A DNA stretch of 64,000 bases, from contig DISH01000004.1 of the NCBI GenBank assembly GCA_002421665.1, positions 87,174-151,173 on the forward strand. The letters are read 5' to 3'. A model generated the notes under the pieces. It ran no database searches. It was not told the origin of the DNA and worked only from the letters and a program-made list of their open reading frames with translations. Positions 9,518 to 18,443 of this stretch are shown here, piece after piece (positions within the stretch are counted from its first letter, which is position 1; every line of letters begins with the position of its first letter). Position numbers and translations under genes: made by a program. This DNA comes from Candidatus Omnitrophica bacterium UBA6215. GTDB taxonomy: Bacteria; Omnitrophota; Gorgyraeia; Pluralincolimonadales; Pluralincolimonadaceae.

Positions 9518-11305
9518 ATGCAACTTGCCGGGAATTTCGGTGATCTAAGTGGGGACTATTTGTCCCTGTTTTTTCTTTTTACGATACTGCTTATATCTGT
9601 GCCTGCGGCTGTCTATTCCACGGGCTACATGATGGGGGAGTACGGCGGTAAAAAGAAGGCCGTACTATGGGCATTATTAGCCGCGTTCGTATCATCTATG
9701 GCGCTTGTGGTCCTTACGGCCAATGCATTTGTCTTCCTGGTGGCTTGGGAGCTGATGTCGCTCCTTTCGTATTTCCTCGTTGTCTCCGATTTCAAGCATG
9801 AAAAGTCCGTAAAGGCCGGGACCATCTATATCGTCATGACGCATATCGGCACGGCGTTCATGACAGCCGCTTTCCTGGTGATGTTCAGATACTCAGGATC
9901 ATTCGATTTCTCCGCTTTGAAAGAAGCCTGTTCCACGATGCCCCCCGAGATCAAGAATATCGTCTTCCTTATGTTGCTTGCCGGTTTTGGGACGAAAGCC
10001 GGGCTGGTGCCTTTGCATATATGGCTGCCATACGCGCATCCCCAGGCGCCGAGCCACATATCAAGTATAATGTCAGCTGTCATGATAAAGACCGCCGTCT
10101 ACGGCATGCTCAGGTTCGTATTCATGATATTGGGCATAGGTGCGATCTGGTGGGGCAACCTCGTGCTTGTCCTGGCGCTTGTCTCATGCCTTGCCGGCAT
10201 AATGTACGCGCTTACCGAAAATGACCTTAAGCGCCTCCTGGCTTATTCGAGCGTCGAGAATATCGGTATCATCATGCTCGGAGTGGGCGCGTCTATGGTC
10301 TTTATGAAGATGGGCCTGCCTGCCGTCTCGCTCCTGGCGCTTTGCGCGGGGCTTTTCCACCTGATCAATCATGCTGTGTTCAAGGGGCTGCTTTTCCTAT
10401 GCGCCGGATCAATTTATAAGGCAACCGGGACACGCAATATTGAGCACCTCGGCGGGCTTATCAAGAAGATGCCTGTTACCGCAGCGGCTTTCCTTGCCGG
10501 TTCGATAGCCATATCGGGCCTGCCGCCTTTTAACGGTTTCGTCAGCGAGTGGCTCACCCTGCAGGCGTTGTTCACGGGCGCGGTAAATACCGGCGGAAGC
10601 TACAAGATCTTCCTTTGCGTGTGCGCGGCGCTGCTTGCGCTTACCGGAGGGCTTGCGGCCGCGTGTTTTGTCAAAGCGTTCGGTGTCACTTTTCTGGCCG
10701 TACCCAGGAGCAGGGCAGCCGAAAGGGCGGGGGAAGTCCCGCTTTCAATGAAAGCCCCTATGGTGTTCCTTGCTGCGGCAGCCGTGCTCCTCGGCGTCGG
10801 CGCGCCCTCAGCAATAAGATGTATTTCGGCGGTTGCCGATTCGGTGATAGCCGCGCCTGCCGGGGGTATAACGCTTTCAGCTTCCTTGAATACGGTAATT
10901 ATCGCCTCTGCGATATTCACCGCATCCGCGGCGGCCTTTTATTTTATGAGGCCGAGAAGGACAACCGAATGCAATACCTGGGATTGCGGATATTACAAGC
11001 TGGGAGCGCGCACCGAATACAGCGCGACGGCATTTTCCAAGCCTCTGCGCATAGCTTTCGGTTTCTTCCTGTTGCCTTACAGCAAGACAGAAAAGATAAG
11101 GGATTCTTTCTATCATGTCCGGTCTTTTAAATACGAGGTCTTTACTACGCCCGTCTTCAGGGATTATGTTTATGAGCCGGCGGTAAAATTGGTCTTCATG
11201 GCGGCGCGCCAGGTCAAGAAGATACAACCCGGCAGTATCCATGTCTATGTGGCATATATTTTTGCGACCATAGTGCTCCTGGTCATATTTATGGGAAGGT
11301 TCTGA
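9518..11305 (+). CDS. NuoL/MrpA-like antiporter subunit of membrane-bound hydrogenase-type complex (HyfB-like)
   Basis: A 595-aa polytopic protein. The motif GTKAGLVPLHIWLPYAHPQAPSHISSIMSAVMIKTAVYGMLRF is typical of the NuoL/HyfB family. Confidence 0.85.
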   Translation: MQLAGNFGDLSGDYLSLFFLFTILLISVPAAVYSTGYMMGEYGGKKKAVLWALLAAFVSSMALVVLTANAFVFLVAWELMSLLSYFLVVSDFKHEKSVKAGTIYIVMTHIGTAFMTAAFLVMFRYSGSFDFSALKEACSTMPPEIKNIVFLMLLAGFGTKAGLVPLHIWLPYAHPQAPSHISSIMSAVMIKTAVYGMLRFVFMILGIGAIWWGNLVLVLALVSCLAGIMYALTENDLKRLLAYSSVENIGIIMLGVGASMVFMKMGLPAVSLLALCAGLFHLINHAVFKGLLFLCAGSIYKATGTRNIEHLGGLIKKMPVTAAAFLAGSIAISGLPPFNGFVSEWLTLQALFTGAVNTGGSYKIFLCVCAALLALTGGLAAACFVKAFGVTFLAVPRSRAAERAGEVPLSMKAPMVFLAAAAVLLGVGAPSAIRCISAVADSVIAAPAGGITLSASLNTVIIASAIFTASAAAFYFMRPRRTTECNTWDCGYYKLGARTEYSATAFSKPLRIAFGFFLLPYSKTEKIRDSFYHVRSFKYEVFTTPVFRDYVYEPAVKLVFMAARQVKKIQPGSIHVYVAYIFATIVLLVIFMGRF

Positions 11306-12180
11306 TGAAATACTTATTGGTGGCGCTGCAAATAGTCGTGCTTATCGCGGTTTCGCCGTTCATAACCGGTCTCATAAAGAAGATTAAGAATTTTATCAGG
11401 CTAAGGAAAGGTCCCGGTGTCTTCCAGCCGTACTACGACCTGGCCAAACTGGCCGGGAAGGAAGAGGTCATCTCCCGTGATACGTCGTGGATATTCGCTT
11501 TTGCGCCTTACGCGGTCATCGGGTCCGTAACGGCGGCTTTGCTGCTTGTCCCCGCGTTCGGGCCGGGGATATCGCTTAACCGCGCCGGCGACCTGATCGC
11601 CATGATATTCATCCTGGCGTTCGGGCGGTTCTTTATGGCCCTTGCCGGCCTTGATGCAGGCAGCGCGTTCGGCGGTATGGGATCATCTAGGGAGATGTTC
11701 ATCTCAAGCCTTGTAGAGCCGGTGGCGCTGCTTTCCGTTTTTGCCGTATCTCTTAACTGCGGCTCGACCGACGCGCAGGCGGTCGCCTCGTACGGGACAT
11801 TCAGGTTCTCCACGCTGGTCGCCACGGGCGCGCTCTTCGCGGTCACTATAGCCGAAACCTCCCGCATACCGGTGGATAACAGAGAGACGCACCTCGAATT
11901 GACTATGATACACGAAGCGATGGTCCTTGAATATTCGGGGCGTTCGCTGGCCCTGATAGAGCTTGCCTCGCATATAAAACAGGTATTGTTCTTTTCCGTG
12001 ATCGCGGCGGTAGCGGTGCCGTTCGGGAATTACGCGGTCAAGATGCTCGTTATCGCGGCTGCCGTGGCCGCACTCGAGGTCTCGATGGCCAAGATGCGGT
12101 TGTTCAGGGTGGTGGATATGATGAGTTTCTCTTTCGTGCTTTCCGTAATAGCGGTGGTCATCTCCGCGATGGGGTACTGA
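11305..12180 (+). CDS. NuoH-like membrane subunit (HyfC/HycD-like)
   Basis: A 291-aa polytopic protein with a NuoH/HycD-like sequence. It is translationally coupled to the upstream gene. Confidence 0.75.
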   Translation: MKYLLVALQIVVLIAVSPFITGLIKKIKNFIRLRKGPGVFQPYYDLAKLAGKEEVISRDTSWIFAFAPYAVIGSVTAALLLVPAFGPGISLNRAGDLIAMIFILAFGRFFMALAGLDAGSAFGGMGSSREMFISSLVEPVALLSVFAVSLNCGSTDAQAVASYGTFRFSTLVATGALFAVTIAETSRIPVDNRETHLELTMIHEAMVLEYSGRSLALIELASHIKQVLFFSVIAAVAVPFGNYAVKMLVIAAAVAALEVSMAKMRLFRVVDMMSFSFVLSVIAVVISAMGY

Positions 12181-12181
12181 T

Positions 12182-12820
12182 ATGGCAGTCGGGCTTATAC
12201 TTTTCGGGATACTGGTGATGGCGTTCGCGATGGTCGCCGCCAAGCGGCTTTCCGCGCTGATATTCGGGTTCAGGGCGCAGTCTTTTTTCCTGTTCATGCT
12301 TACTTTTATACTTGCCTGGAGGGAGAACTCCACCCAGCTCTATATTGTCACTACCATGTTGTTTGCGGTGAAAGTGGTACTTGTGCCGAACTTCCTTCAG
12401 AAGGTTGCGCGCAGGATCAAAGCCGATGAAGACCTCGGGCTTTCGGTCAACCCGACGGTATCCATGTCGGCCGCGGTGTTGTTGTCGTATATGGCCTACC
12501 TGTTTACAGGCAAGATAGTATCCATCCCGGGAGAGTTCGAGAACAGCGCGTTGTTCATTTCGCTTTCGGCCACGATGATAGGGACTTTCCTTATGATAAC
12601 CAGGATGAAGGCGCTTGCCCAGATACTTGGCTTGCTTGTAATGGAGAACGGGATATTCCTTGCCGCTGCGAGCGTATCCGGCGGAATGCCGTTCATAGTA
12701 GAGATCGCGATATTCTTCGATATCCTGCTGGTGGTTATCATACTCGGGATATTCGTGTTCAAGATAAACAGGCTTTTCACGCATATAGATGTCGACAAAC
12801 TTACGGAATTGAAGGGATGA
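12182..12820 (+). CDS. Hydrogenase-4 component E-like small membrane subunit (HyfE-like)
   Basis: A 212-aa multi-TM protein. The length and hydrophobic profile match HyfE, and it sits between the NuoH-like and NuoN-like genes. Confidence 0.6.
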   Translation: MAVGLILFGILVMAFAMVAAKRLSALIFGFRAQSFFLFMLTFILAWRENSTQLYIVTTMLFAVKVVLVPNFLQKVARRIKADEDLGLSVNPTVSMSAAVLLSYMAYLFTGKIVSIPGEFENSALFISLSATMIGTFLMITRMKALAQILGLLVMENGIFLAAASVSGGMPFIVEIAIFFDILLVVIILGIFVFKINRLFTHIDVDKLTELKG

Positions 12821-12821
12821 T

Positions 12822-14282
12822 ATGCAGATATTCGCGATATTACTGATACCGCTGGCGCTTTCGGGGATCGCTGTCCTTCCGGGAAAGACCAGGAGCTTCG
12901 GAGTATTTAACGCCGCAGGGCATTTCATTAATGCCGTCCTTGCAGTATGGCTGTCGCTCGACCTTCTCAGGACGCGCGAGGCCGCGGCGTATCTCGGTTT
13001 CTTCTATGCCGACCTGCTGAGCGCGTTTTTTATATTGACGATATCCGTCATCAATTTCATCGCGGCGCTCTATTCTATAGGCTATATATCCTCGGATGTC
13101 AGGGACAGTACTATGAGCGAGAGGAAGGCAAAGGCGTATTATGCGCTCTTCAACCTGTTCACTCTTACGATGCTTAGCGTTCCGGTTGTAAGTAACCTCG
13201 GCATGGTCTGGGTCGCCATAGAGATGACGACCCTTGTCTCCGCGTTCCTGGTCGGATTCTATAACAGGAAAGAGTCCATAGAGGCGGCATGGAAATACAT
13301 AATAATCTGTTCGGTAGGCATTACCCTGGCTCTCTTTGGCACGATCCTGTTCTATTACACGGCTTCTCGCGACGGCGGAGTCTCAAGCCTGAACTGGACA
13401 GACATGGCGGCGGTAGCCGGCGATCTCAACCCGTCAATACTTAAAGTGGCTTTCCTTTTCATAGTTGTGGGTTACGGCACGAAAGCCGGGTTCGTCCCCA
13501 TGCATACGTGGCTTCCGGATGCCCACAGCCAGGCCCTGGCGCCGATAAGTGCGCTGCTTTCCGGGGTATTGCTTCCTACGGCGGTCTACGCGATAATAAG
13601 GTTTGCGACGGTCATCAATATCTGTATAGGCACTTCATACACGGGAAACCTATTTATGTTCTTCGGACTCATGTCGCTGGGCATCTCCGCGGGGCTCGTG
13701 CTTGTACAGAGGGACATCAAGCGGCTCCTTGCCTATAGCAGCGTAGAGAATATCGGGATAATATCGATCGGCCTGGGTTTCGGGGGGACATTCGCGATTG
13801 CAGGTGCTCTGTTCCATGTCTTCAACCATGCCGCGGCGAAATCGCTTATGTTCTTTGCCGCCGGCCGCGCCGTAAAAAAATATAATTCACACAGTATAAG
13901 GGACATTCGCGGAATGATAAGCGCGATGCCGTTCGCCGGCACTATGCTTATAGTCGGGGCATTCGCGCTGACCGGAATGCCGCCGTTCTCGGCTTTCTTC
14001 AGCGAGATAATGATAATAATATCCGGTTTCACCGGAGGGTTCCTGTTCCAGTCGTCGCTGCTGCTGTTTTTCATGGCCGTCGTCTTCTGTGCCATGATAC
14101 ATAATATAAGCAGGTCGGTCTTCGGGGAGAAACCGTCGGGTATGGCCGCGGAAGGCGAGCCGTTAAGCGGTAAACTCGCTTTCGGCATCCTGATGCTCAT
14201 AATTTGTACTGCGGGCATCGTAGCGCCGGGATTCTTCAAGGAACTATTGACTGCCGCTTCGGAAATAATCAGGGGTGCATGA
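12822..14282 (+). CDS. NuoN/NuoM-like antiporter subunit (HyfF-like)
   Basis: A 486-aa protein with the proton-pumping family motif GTKAGFVPMHTWLPDAHSQALAPISALLSGVLL. Confidence 0.8.
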   Translation: MQIFAILLIPLALSGIAVLPGKTRSFGVFNAAGHFINAVLAVWLSLDLLRTREAAAYLGFFYADLLSAFFILTISVINFIAALYSIGYISSDVRDSTMSERKAKAYYALFNLFTLTMLSVPVVSNLGMVWVAIEMTTLVSAFLVGFYNRKESIEAAWKYIIICSVGITLALFGTILFYYTASRDGGVSSLNWTDMAAVAGDLNPSILKVAFLFIVVGYGTKAGFVPMHTWLPDAHSQALAPISALLSGVLLPTAVYAIIRFATVINICIGTSYTGNLFMFFGLMSLGISAGLVLVQRDIKRLLAYSSVENIGIISIGLGFGGTFAIAGALFHVFNHAAAKSLMFFAAGRAVKKYNSHSIRDIRGMISAMPFAGTMLIVGAFALTGMPPFSAFFSEIMIIISGFTGGFLFQSSLLLFFMAVVFCAMIHNISRSVFGEKPSGMAAEGEPLSGKLAFGILMLIICTAGIVAPGFFKELLTAASEIIRGA

Positions 14283-15808
14283 TGGACATTAACAGGGAAA
14301 CATATATAGAAGCGGCCCCGGAGCGGTTTGCGGCGGAGTGCCTAAGACTGCACAAGCGGCTCGATTCCGCCGTCATGACGTATTTTGCCGAGGACCTCAG
14401 GAAAGAACTCGGCATATTCCGCCTGTATTGCGTGTTCCTGGATAAAGAGAAAAAGGCCTGGACGGTCGTAAGGACAGGCCTCCCCGGCGCGGATGCAAGG
14501 ATGACATCGCTTTCGAAAGAGATGTTCTCCGCCGGCCTTTTCGAGCGCGAGATGGGGGAGATGTTCGGCATAAAATTCGAGGAAAGCCCCGATACCAGGC
14601 GTTTGTCGCTCCACGACGAGGTTTGGCCAAAGGGATATTACCCCCTGAGAAAGGATTTTTCGCCTGATGATGCCGCAAGAGCGGCCCCGGAAGGCGATTA
14701 CTGTTTCAACAGGGTCGACGGGGAGGGCATATTCGAAGTGCCGGTCGGGCCTGTGCATGCCGGTATTATCGGTCCGGGGCATTTCAGGTTCAGCGCGGCG
14801 GGTGAGCCTGTCATAAATCTCGAAACGCGGCTTGGGTTCACCCACCGCGGCGTCGAGAAACTGTTCGAGACGATGGATGCGGACAATGCCGTATCATTCT
14901 CGGAAAAGGTCTCCGGAGATTCGGCGTTCTCTTACAGTTGCGCGTTCTGCCGCGGCATAGAGAGTATATACGGCCTCGAGGTCCCGTTGAGGGCAAGTAT
15001 AATAAGGGCCATATTCATCGAACTTGAGAGGATGTATAACCACGCAAACGATATAGGCGGGATGGCCGTCGATGTAGGGTTCGGCTATCCCAATGCCCTT
15101 GCCTCGACGGTCAAAGAAGACTTGCTCGCGCTTAACAGGATGTTGACCGGCAGCAGGTACCTTAAAGGTGTTAACAGGATCGGCGGCGTAAACGCGGATA
15201 TCTCCGGGGAAATGAAACCGCTCCTTTTGGATTCGGTCTTGCGGGCGCGGGAGATCATGAACGAATTGAACGGCATATTGCATTCGAGTGTTTCGTTCAT
15301 GGACCGCGTTGACGGCACGGGGATATTGAAAAAGAAGACTGCGGCAGACCTCGGCGTGACCGGGCTCGCGGCCCGCGCGTCCGGGATCCGCTGCGATCTA
15401 AGGGAGATATTTGACGGGCAGGTATACGGCGCTTGCAGATTCAAACCTGCCGTTCAGGAGGAAGGCGATGTCCTGGCGAGGCTTAACGTGCGCTTTGATG
15501 AATTCGAGGCCAGCGTCGGAATGATAAATAAAATGGCGGAAATGCTGGATAAGGCGGGCAAATCCGGTTTGAAGGCGGAATATATCCCGAAAGCCGGAGC
15601 GGCTATCGGTTCCATTGAGGCATGGAGGGGGCCCGTCATTATATGGGTCAGGACCGATCCGTCCGGCCGTATTGAAAGGTGCAAGATAACAGACCCGTCA
15701 TTCAAGAACTGGCAGGGCCTTTGTTTCTCCGTCCTTGGTAATATCATCCCGGATTTCCCGTTATGCAACAAGAGCTTCGACCTTTCATACCCGGGTAATG
15801 ACCTATGA
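14279..15808 (+). CDS. Fused NuoC/NuoD-like large subunit (HycE/HyfG-like) with a degenerate NiFe-binding site
   Basis: N-terminal NuoC-like domain and C-terminal NuoD/NiFe-large-subunit-like domain. Only an N-terminal CxxC is retained (SCAFCRG), without the following His. The C-terminal DPCxxCxxR motif is replaced by ITDPSFKNWQ. The ATG at 14279 is preceded by AGGGG and overlaps the upstream stop. Confidence 0.75.
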   Translation: MMDINRETYIEAAPERFAAECLRLHKRLDSAVMTYFAEDLRKELGIFRLYCVFLDKEKKAWTVVRTGLPGADARMTSLSKEMFSAGLFEREMGEMFGIKFEESPDTRRLSLHDEVWPKGYYPLRKDFSPDDAARAAPEGDYCFNRVDGEGIFEVPVGPVHAGIIGPGHFRFSAAGEPVINLETRLGFTHRGVEKLFETMDADNAVSFSEKVSGDSAFSYSCAFCRGIESIYGLEVPLRASIIRAIFIELERMYNHANDIGGMAVDVGFGYPNALASTVKEDLLALNRMLTGSRYLKGVNRIGGVNADISGEMKPLLLDSVLRAREIMNELNGILHSSVSFMDRVDGTGILKKKTAADLGVTGLAARASGIRCDLREIFDGQVYGACRFKPAVQEEGDVLARLNVRFDEFEASVGMINKMAEMLDKAGKSGLKAEYIPKAGAAIGSIEAWRGPVIIWVRTDPSGRIERCKITDPSFKNWQGLCFSVLGNIIPDFPLCNKSFDLSYPGNDL

Positions 15809-16317
15809 ACAACATATTAAAGAGCAGGTTAAAGAGGGGAATATTGACGAGGCGTATAGATGCCGGCGGGCCGGTTCCTCCGGAACTGGAAACCCTTGGC
15901 GCCGAGATGAGAGAAAGGATAAAGAAGAGGTTCGGAAGGTCGTTCCATATCAGGCAGGTCGATACCGGCTCCTGCGGCGCGTGTGTGTCCGAGATAATCG
16001 CCGCGACGAACCCTATCTATGACCTGCAGCGCTTTGGTGTGGATTTTGTCGCGTCTCCGCGCCACGCGGACGCGCTACTGGTTACCGGCCCGGTCTCGAA
16101 GAACATGGCTGCCGCTTTGCGCAAAACCTATGACGCGGCGCCTGAGCCCAAGATAGTCATATCGGCGGGTGATTGCGCCCTCGACGGCGGCGCGTTCAAA
16201 GGTTCATATTATACCGCAGGAGGGGTCCGGCAGGTCCTTCCGGTGGATCTTCACATCCCGGGATGCCCTCCTTCGCCCGAAGAGATCATAAAAGCGCTCC
16301 TTGCATTGCTAAAATAA
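15805..16317 (+). CDS. NuoB-like small subunit (HycG/HyfI-like) with intact [4Fe-4S] ligands
   Basis: Four cluster-ligating Cys are present: SCGAC..., AGDCALDGG and IPGCPP. The CxxC-type first motif is hydrogenase-like rather than the complex-I CC type. Confidence 0.8.
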   Translation: MNNILKSRLKRGILTRRIDAGGPVPPELETLGAEMRERIKKRFGRSFHIRQVDTGSCGACVSEIIAATNPIYDLQRFGVDFVASPRHADALLVTGPVSKNMAAALRKTYDAAPEPKIVISAGDCALDGGAFKGSYYTAGGVRQVLPVDLHIPGCPPSPEEIIKALLALLK

Positions 16318-16369
16318 TAGTTTACATTTACGGCTTTTGAGGGATAATAACCTAAAAAGGAGGTATGCT

Positions 16370-16720
16370 ATGGCCATAATAGGGATAATAGCTCTCTTAT
16401 GGATGAGCCTTTTACTTGCGGTAAGCTATTTTGTCTTTCTTACGGCAGAAAAGGCGCCTGAGGGCGTAAAAGGATACGGAAAGCTTATCGGCGTTGTGCT
16501 GGTCGCGACAGCGCTGGTCATAGCGATAAGCGGCATAACGCTGCTTATCACGAACACCAACCCTCTTTGCGGCCCGAATTCGGCCTGCCCCATGATGCGC
16601 GGTATGTCCGGCGGCATGAAAGACATGGGAATGGGCGGAAAGATGGGCAAGGCGGGCAGGGGATCCGGCCCGGGTCCATGCGGTACTATGGCGAATCCTG
16701 CTCGCGGCAATCTCCAGTAA
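16370..16720 (+). CDS. Small two-TM membrane protein with C-terminal Met/Gly-rich tail
   Basis: The RBS AAAGGAGG lies 7 nt upstream of the ATG at 16370. It has two hydrophobic helices, then CGPNSACPMMRGMSGGMKDMGMGGKMGKAGRGSGPGPCG. It is the last gene before the operon terminator. Confidence 0.5.
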   Translation: MAIIGIIALLWMSLLLAVSYFVFLTAEKAPEGVKGYGKLIGVVLVATALVIAISGITLLITNTNPLCGPNSACPMMRGMSGGMKDMGMGGKMGKAGRGSGPGPCGTMANPARGNLQ

Positions 16721-16726
16721 TATCCG

Positions 16727-16768
16727 AGAGGGCGGTAAAAGCACGATTTACCGCCCTCTTTTTTATTT
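16727..16768 (+). terminator. Rho-independent terminator ending the membrane-complex operon
   Basis: Perfect 12-bp stem AGAGGGCGGTAA / TTACCGCCCTCT followed by TTTTTTATTT. Confidence 0.8.
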
Positions 16769-16825
16769 GTAAACCTTTTATCCTCCCCGACCGTCTAATT
16801 GATAAATAAAGGGAAGAATTATATC

Positions 16826-16854
16826 TTGACAATCTGAAAAGTATGATTTATCAT
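16826..16854 (+). promoter_or_regulatory. sigma70-type promoter (TTGACA-17-TATCAT) upstream of the AbrB-like gene
   Basis: TTGACA at 16826-16831, a 17-nt spacer and TATCAT at 16849-16854. A GGAGG RBS lies 5 nt upstream of the ATG at 16881. Confidence 0.55.
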
Positions 16855-16880
16855 ATATATCATACAATTCGGAGGTAAAG

Positions 16881-17120
16881 ATGAAGGAAAACGCGATAGA
16901 AGGTCCGGCGGGGGATTTCCATAGCGTCGTGACGATAGGCGAGAGGGGGCAGGTCGTAATACCGGCCGATATACGCAAGATGCGCAATATCAAGTCCGGC
17001 GACAAGCTCATCGTCGTCTCCAAGCGAGGAGGGCCTATCGGCCTTATCCCGGCGCAGGAATTCAACCGTTTCCTGACGGAAGCAACAAGGGTAATGTCAA
17101 AATTAAAGAGCCAGATCTGA
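16881..17120 (+). CDS. AbrB/MazE/SpoVT-family DNA-binding protein (transcription regulator or orphan antitoxin)
   Basis: A 79-aa protein. The motif VVTIGERGQVVIPADIRKM matches the swapped-hairpin AbrB N-domain. Confidence 0.6.
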   Translation: MKENAIEGPAGDFHSVVTIGERGQVVIPADIRKMRNIKSGDKLIVVSKRGGPIGLIPAQEFNRFLTEATRVMSKLKSQI

Positions 17121-17123
17121 AAA

Positions 17124-18443
17124 TTGAAGAATAGAGCACCGTTACTTATGATTTTCGCTTCGCTGGCGCTTGTATGCGCTTGCGCTCAAGCGGAAGAGAC
17201 GCTTACATGGGAGGATTGCGTCCGCGAGGCCGCGAAGAACAACCCTGCGCTCATCTCCTCTAAAGAATCCGTAAAGAGCACGGAAGCCGCCAAGTCGATA
17301 ACCGCCAGCGGGCTTTTCCCGCAGGTGTCCGCAAGCGCGGGAGTTGCCAAATCCAAGACGGAGACTTCAGGCTCATCGGGCGGGGACGGGAATAACGGGG
17401 GCGGCGGCTCGTCAAATGACAGCTCCGTCAATAATTATAATTACGGCGTAAGCGGGAACCAACTTATTTTCGACGGCTTCAAGACCGCGAACCAGGTGAA
17501 CGCCGCTTCCGAAGATATAAAGGCAGCGCAGGAAAACTATAAGTTTACTTCTTCGGACGTGAGGTTGAGCCTGCGTACCGCGTTCATCGAATTGCTTAAA
17601 GCGCAGGAGGGCCTGCGCATAAAGGAAGAGATATACGAGCGCCGCAGGCAGAACTTCGAACTCGTCACACTGCGTTACGAGTCAGGCCAGGAGAATAAAG
17701 GTTCCCTGCTGACCGAACAGGCCAACCTTATCCAGGCGCGTTTTGATGTCACCCAGGCGGGGAGAGATATAGACCTTTCCCGGCGCAAACTTTCCAAGGA
17801 GATGGGGCGTTCCGATACCTCCGAGATCACCGCAAAAGGCGATTTTAAGGTAGCAGAAGAGGTGCGCGAGATGCCGGATTTTTCCGTAATAGCGCAGGAT
17901 AACCCGTCTTTGAAACAGCTTATCGCGCAGAAGAATTCCGCTATATTCAACCTGAAGTCTGCCAGGGCGGAATTTATGCCGGAGGTTACCGCCAGCGGCA
18001 GCGCGGGACGTTCCGATACGAACTGGCCTCCGGAAAACAACAACTGGTCTATAGGCGCATCGGTCTCGCTGCCCATATTCGAGGGCGGCAAAAGGCTGGC
18101 GGATGTAAAAAAGGCGACAGCCCAGTTGAATAAGGCAGAAGCCGACCTGACCGACGGGTTGAACAGCGTGGTAGAGACCTTACAGGACAGATGGACATCC
18201 CTGCAGCAGGCGCTCGATAACGTTTCCGTCCAGAAAGAGTTCCTTACCGCCAACGAAGAGCGCGCTAAGATAACCGAGGCGCAATATTCGATAGGTTTTG
18301 TTTCGTTCAATGACTGGATAATAATAGAGAACAACCTCGTCGACGCAAAGAACTCGTACTTAGAGGCGCAGGCCAACGCGCTCGTCGCGGAGGCTAACTG
18401 GATACAGGCAAAGGGAGAGACAATAGAAAATGTCGAAAAATAA
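17124..18443 (+). CDS. TolC-family outer-membrane efflux channel
   Basis: Signal peptide, two OEP repeats, 439 aa. It has a Gly/Ser-rich low-complexity insert (SGSSGGDGNNGGGGSSNDSS). It lies upstream of macAB. Confidence 0.75.
   Translation: MKNRAPLLMIFASLALVCACAQAEETLTWEDCVREAAKNNPALISSKESVKSTEAAKSITASGLFPQVSASAGVAKSKTETSGSSGGDGNNGGGGSSNDSSVNNYNYGVSGNQLIFDGFKTANQVNAASEDIKAAQENYKFTSSDVRLSLRTAFIELLKAQEGLRIKEEIYERRRQNFELVTLRYESGQENKGSLLTEQANLIQARFDVTQAGRDIDLSRRKLSKEMGRSDTSEITAKGDFKVAEEVREMPDFSVIAQDNPSLKQLIAQKNSAIFNLKSARAEFMPEVTASGSAGRSDTNWPPENNNWSIGASVSLPIFEGGKRLADVKKATAQLNKAEADLTDGLNSVVETLQDRWTSLQQALDNVSVQKEFLTANEERAKITEAQYSIGFVSFNDWIIIENNLVDAKNSYLEAQANALVAEANWIQAKGETIENVEK

Noticed and set aside
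12158-12928. 256-aa minus-strand ORF overlapping the hyfE-like and hyfF-like genes
   Set aside because: It is antisense to two well-supported membrane-subunit genes. Its composition is His/Arg/Tyr-rich nonsense.
14204-14278. Upstream start of the large-subunit ORF at 14204
   Set aside because: It lies inside the preceding NuoN-like gene in another frame. The ATG at 14279 has an RBS and forms an ATGA overlap typical of this operon.
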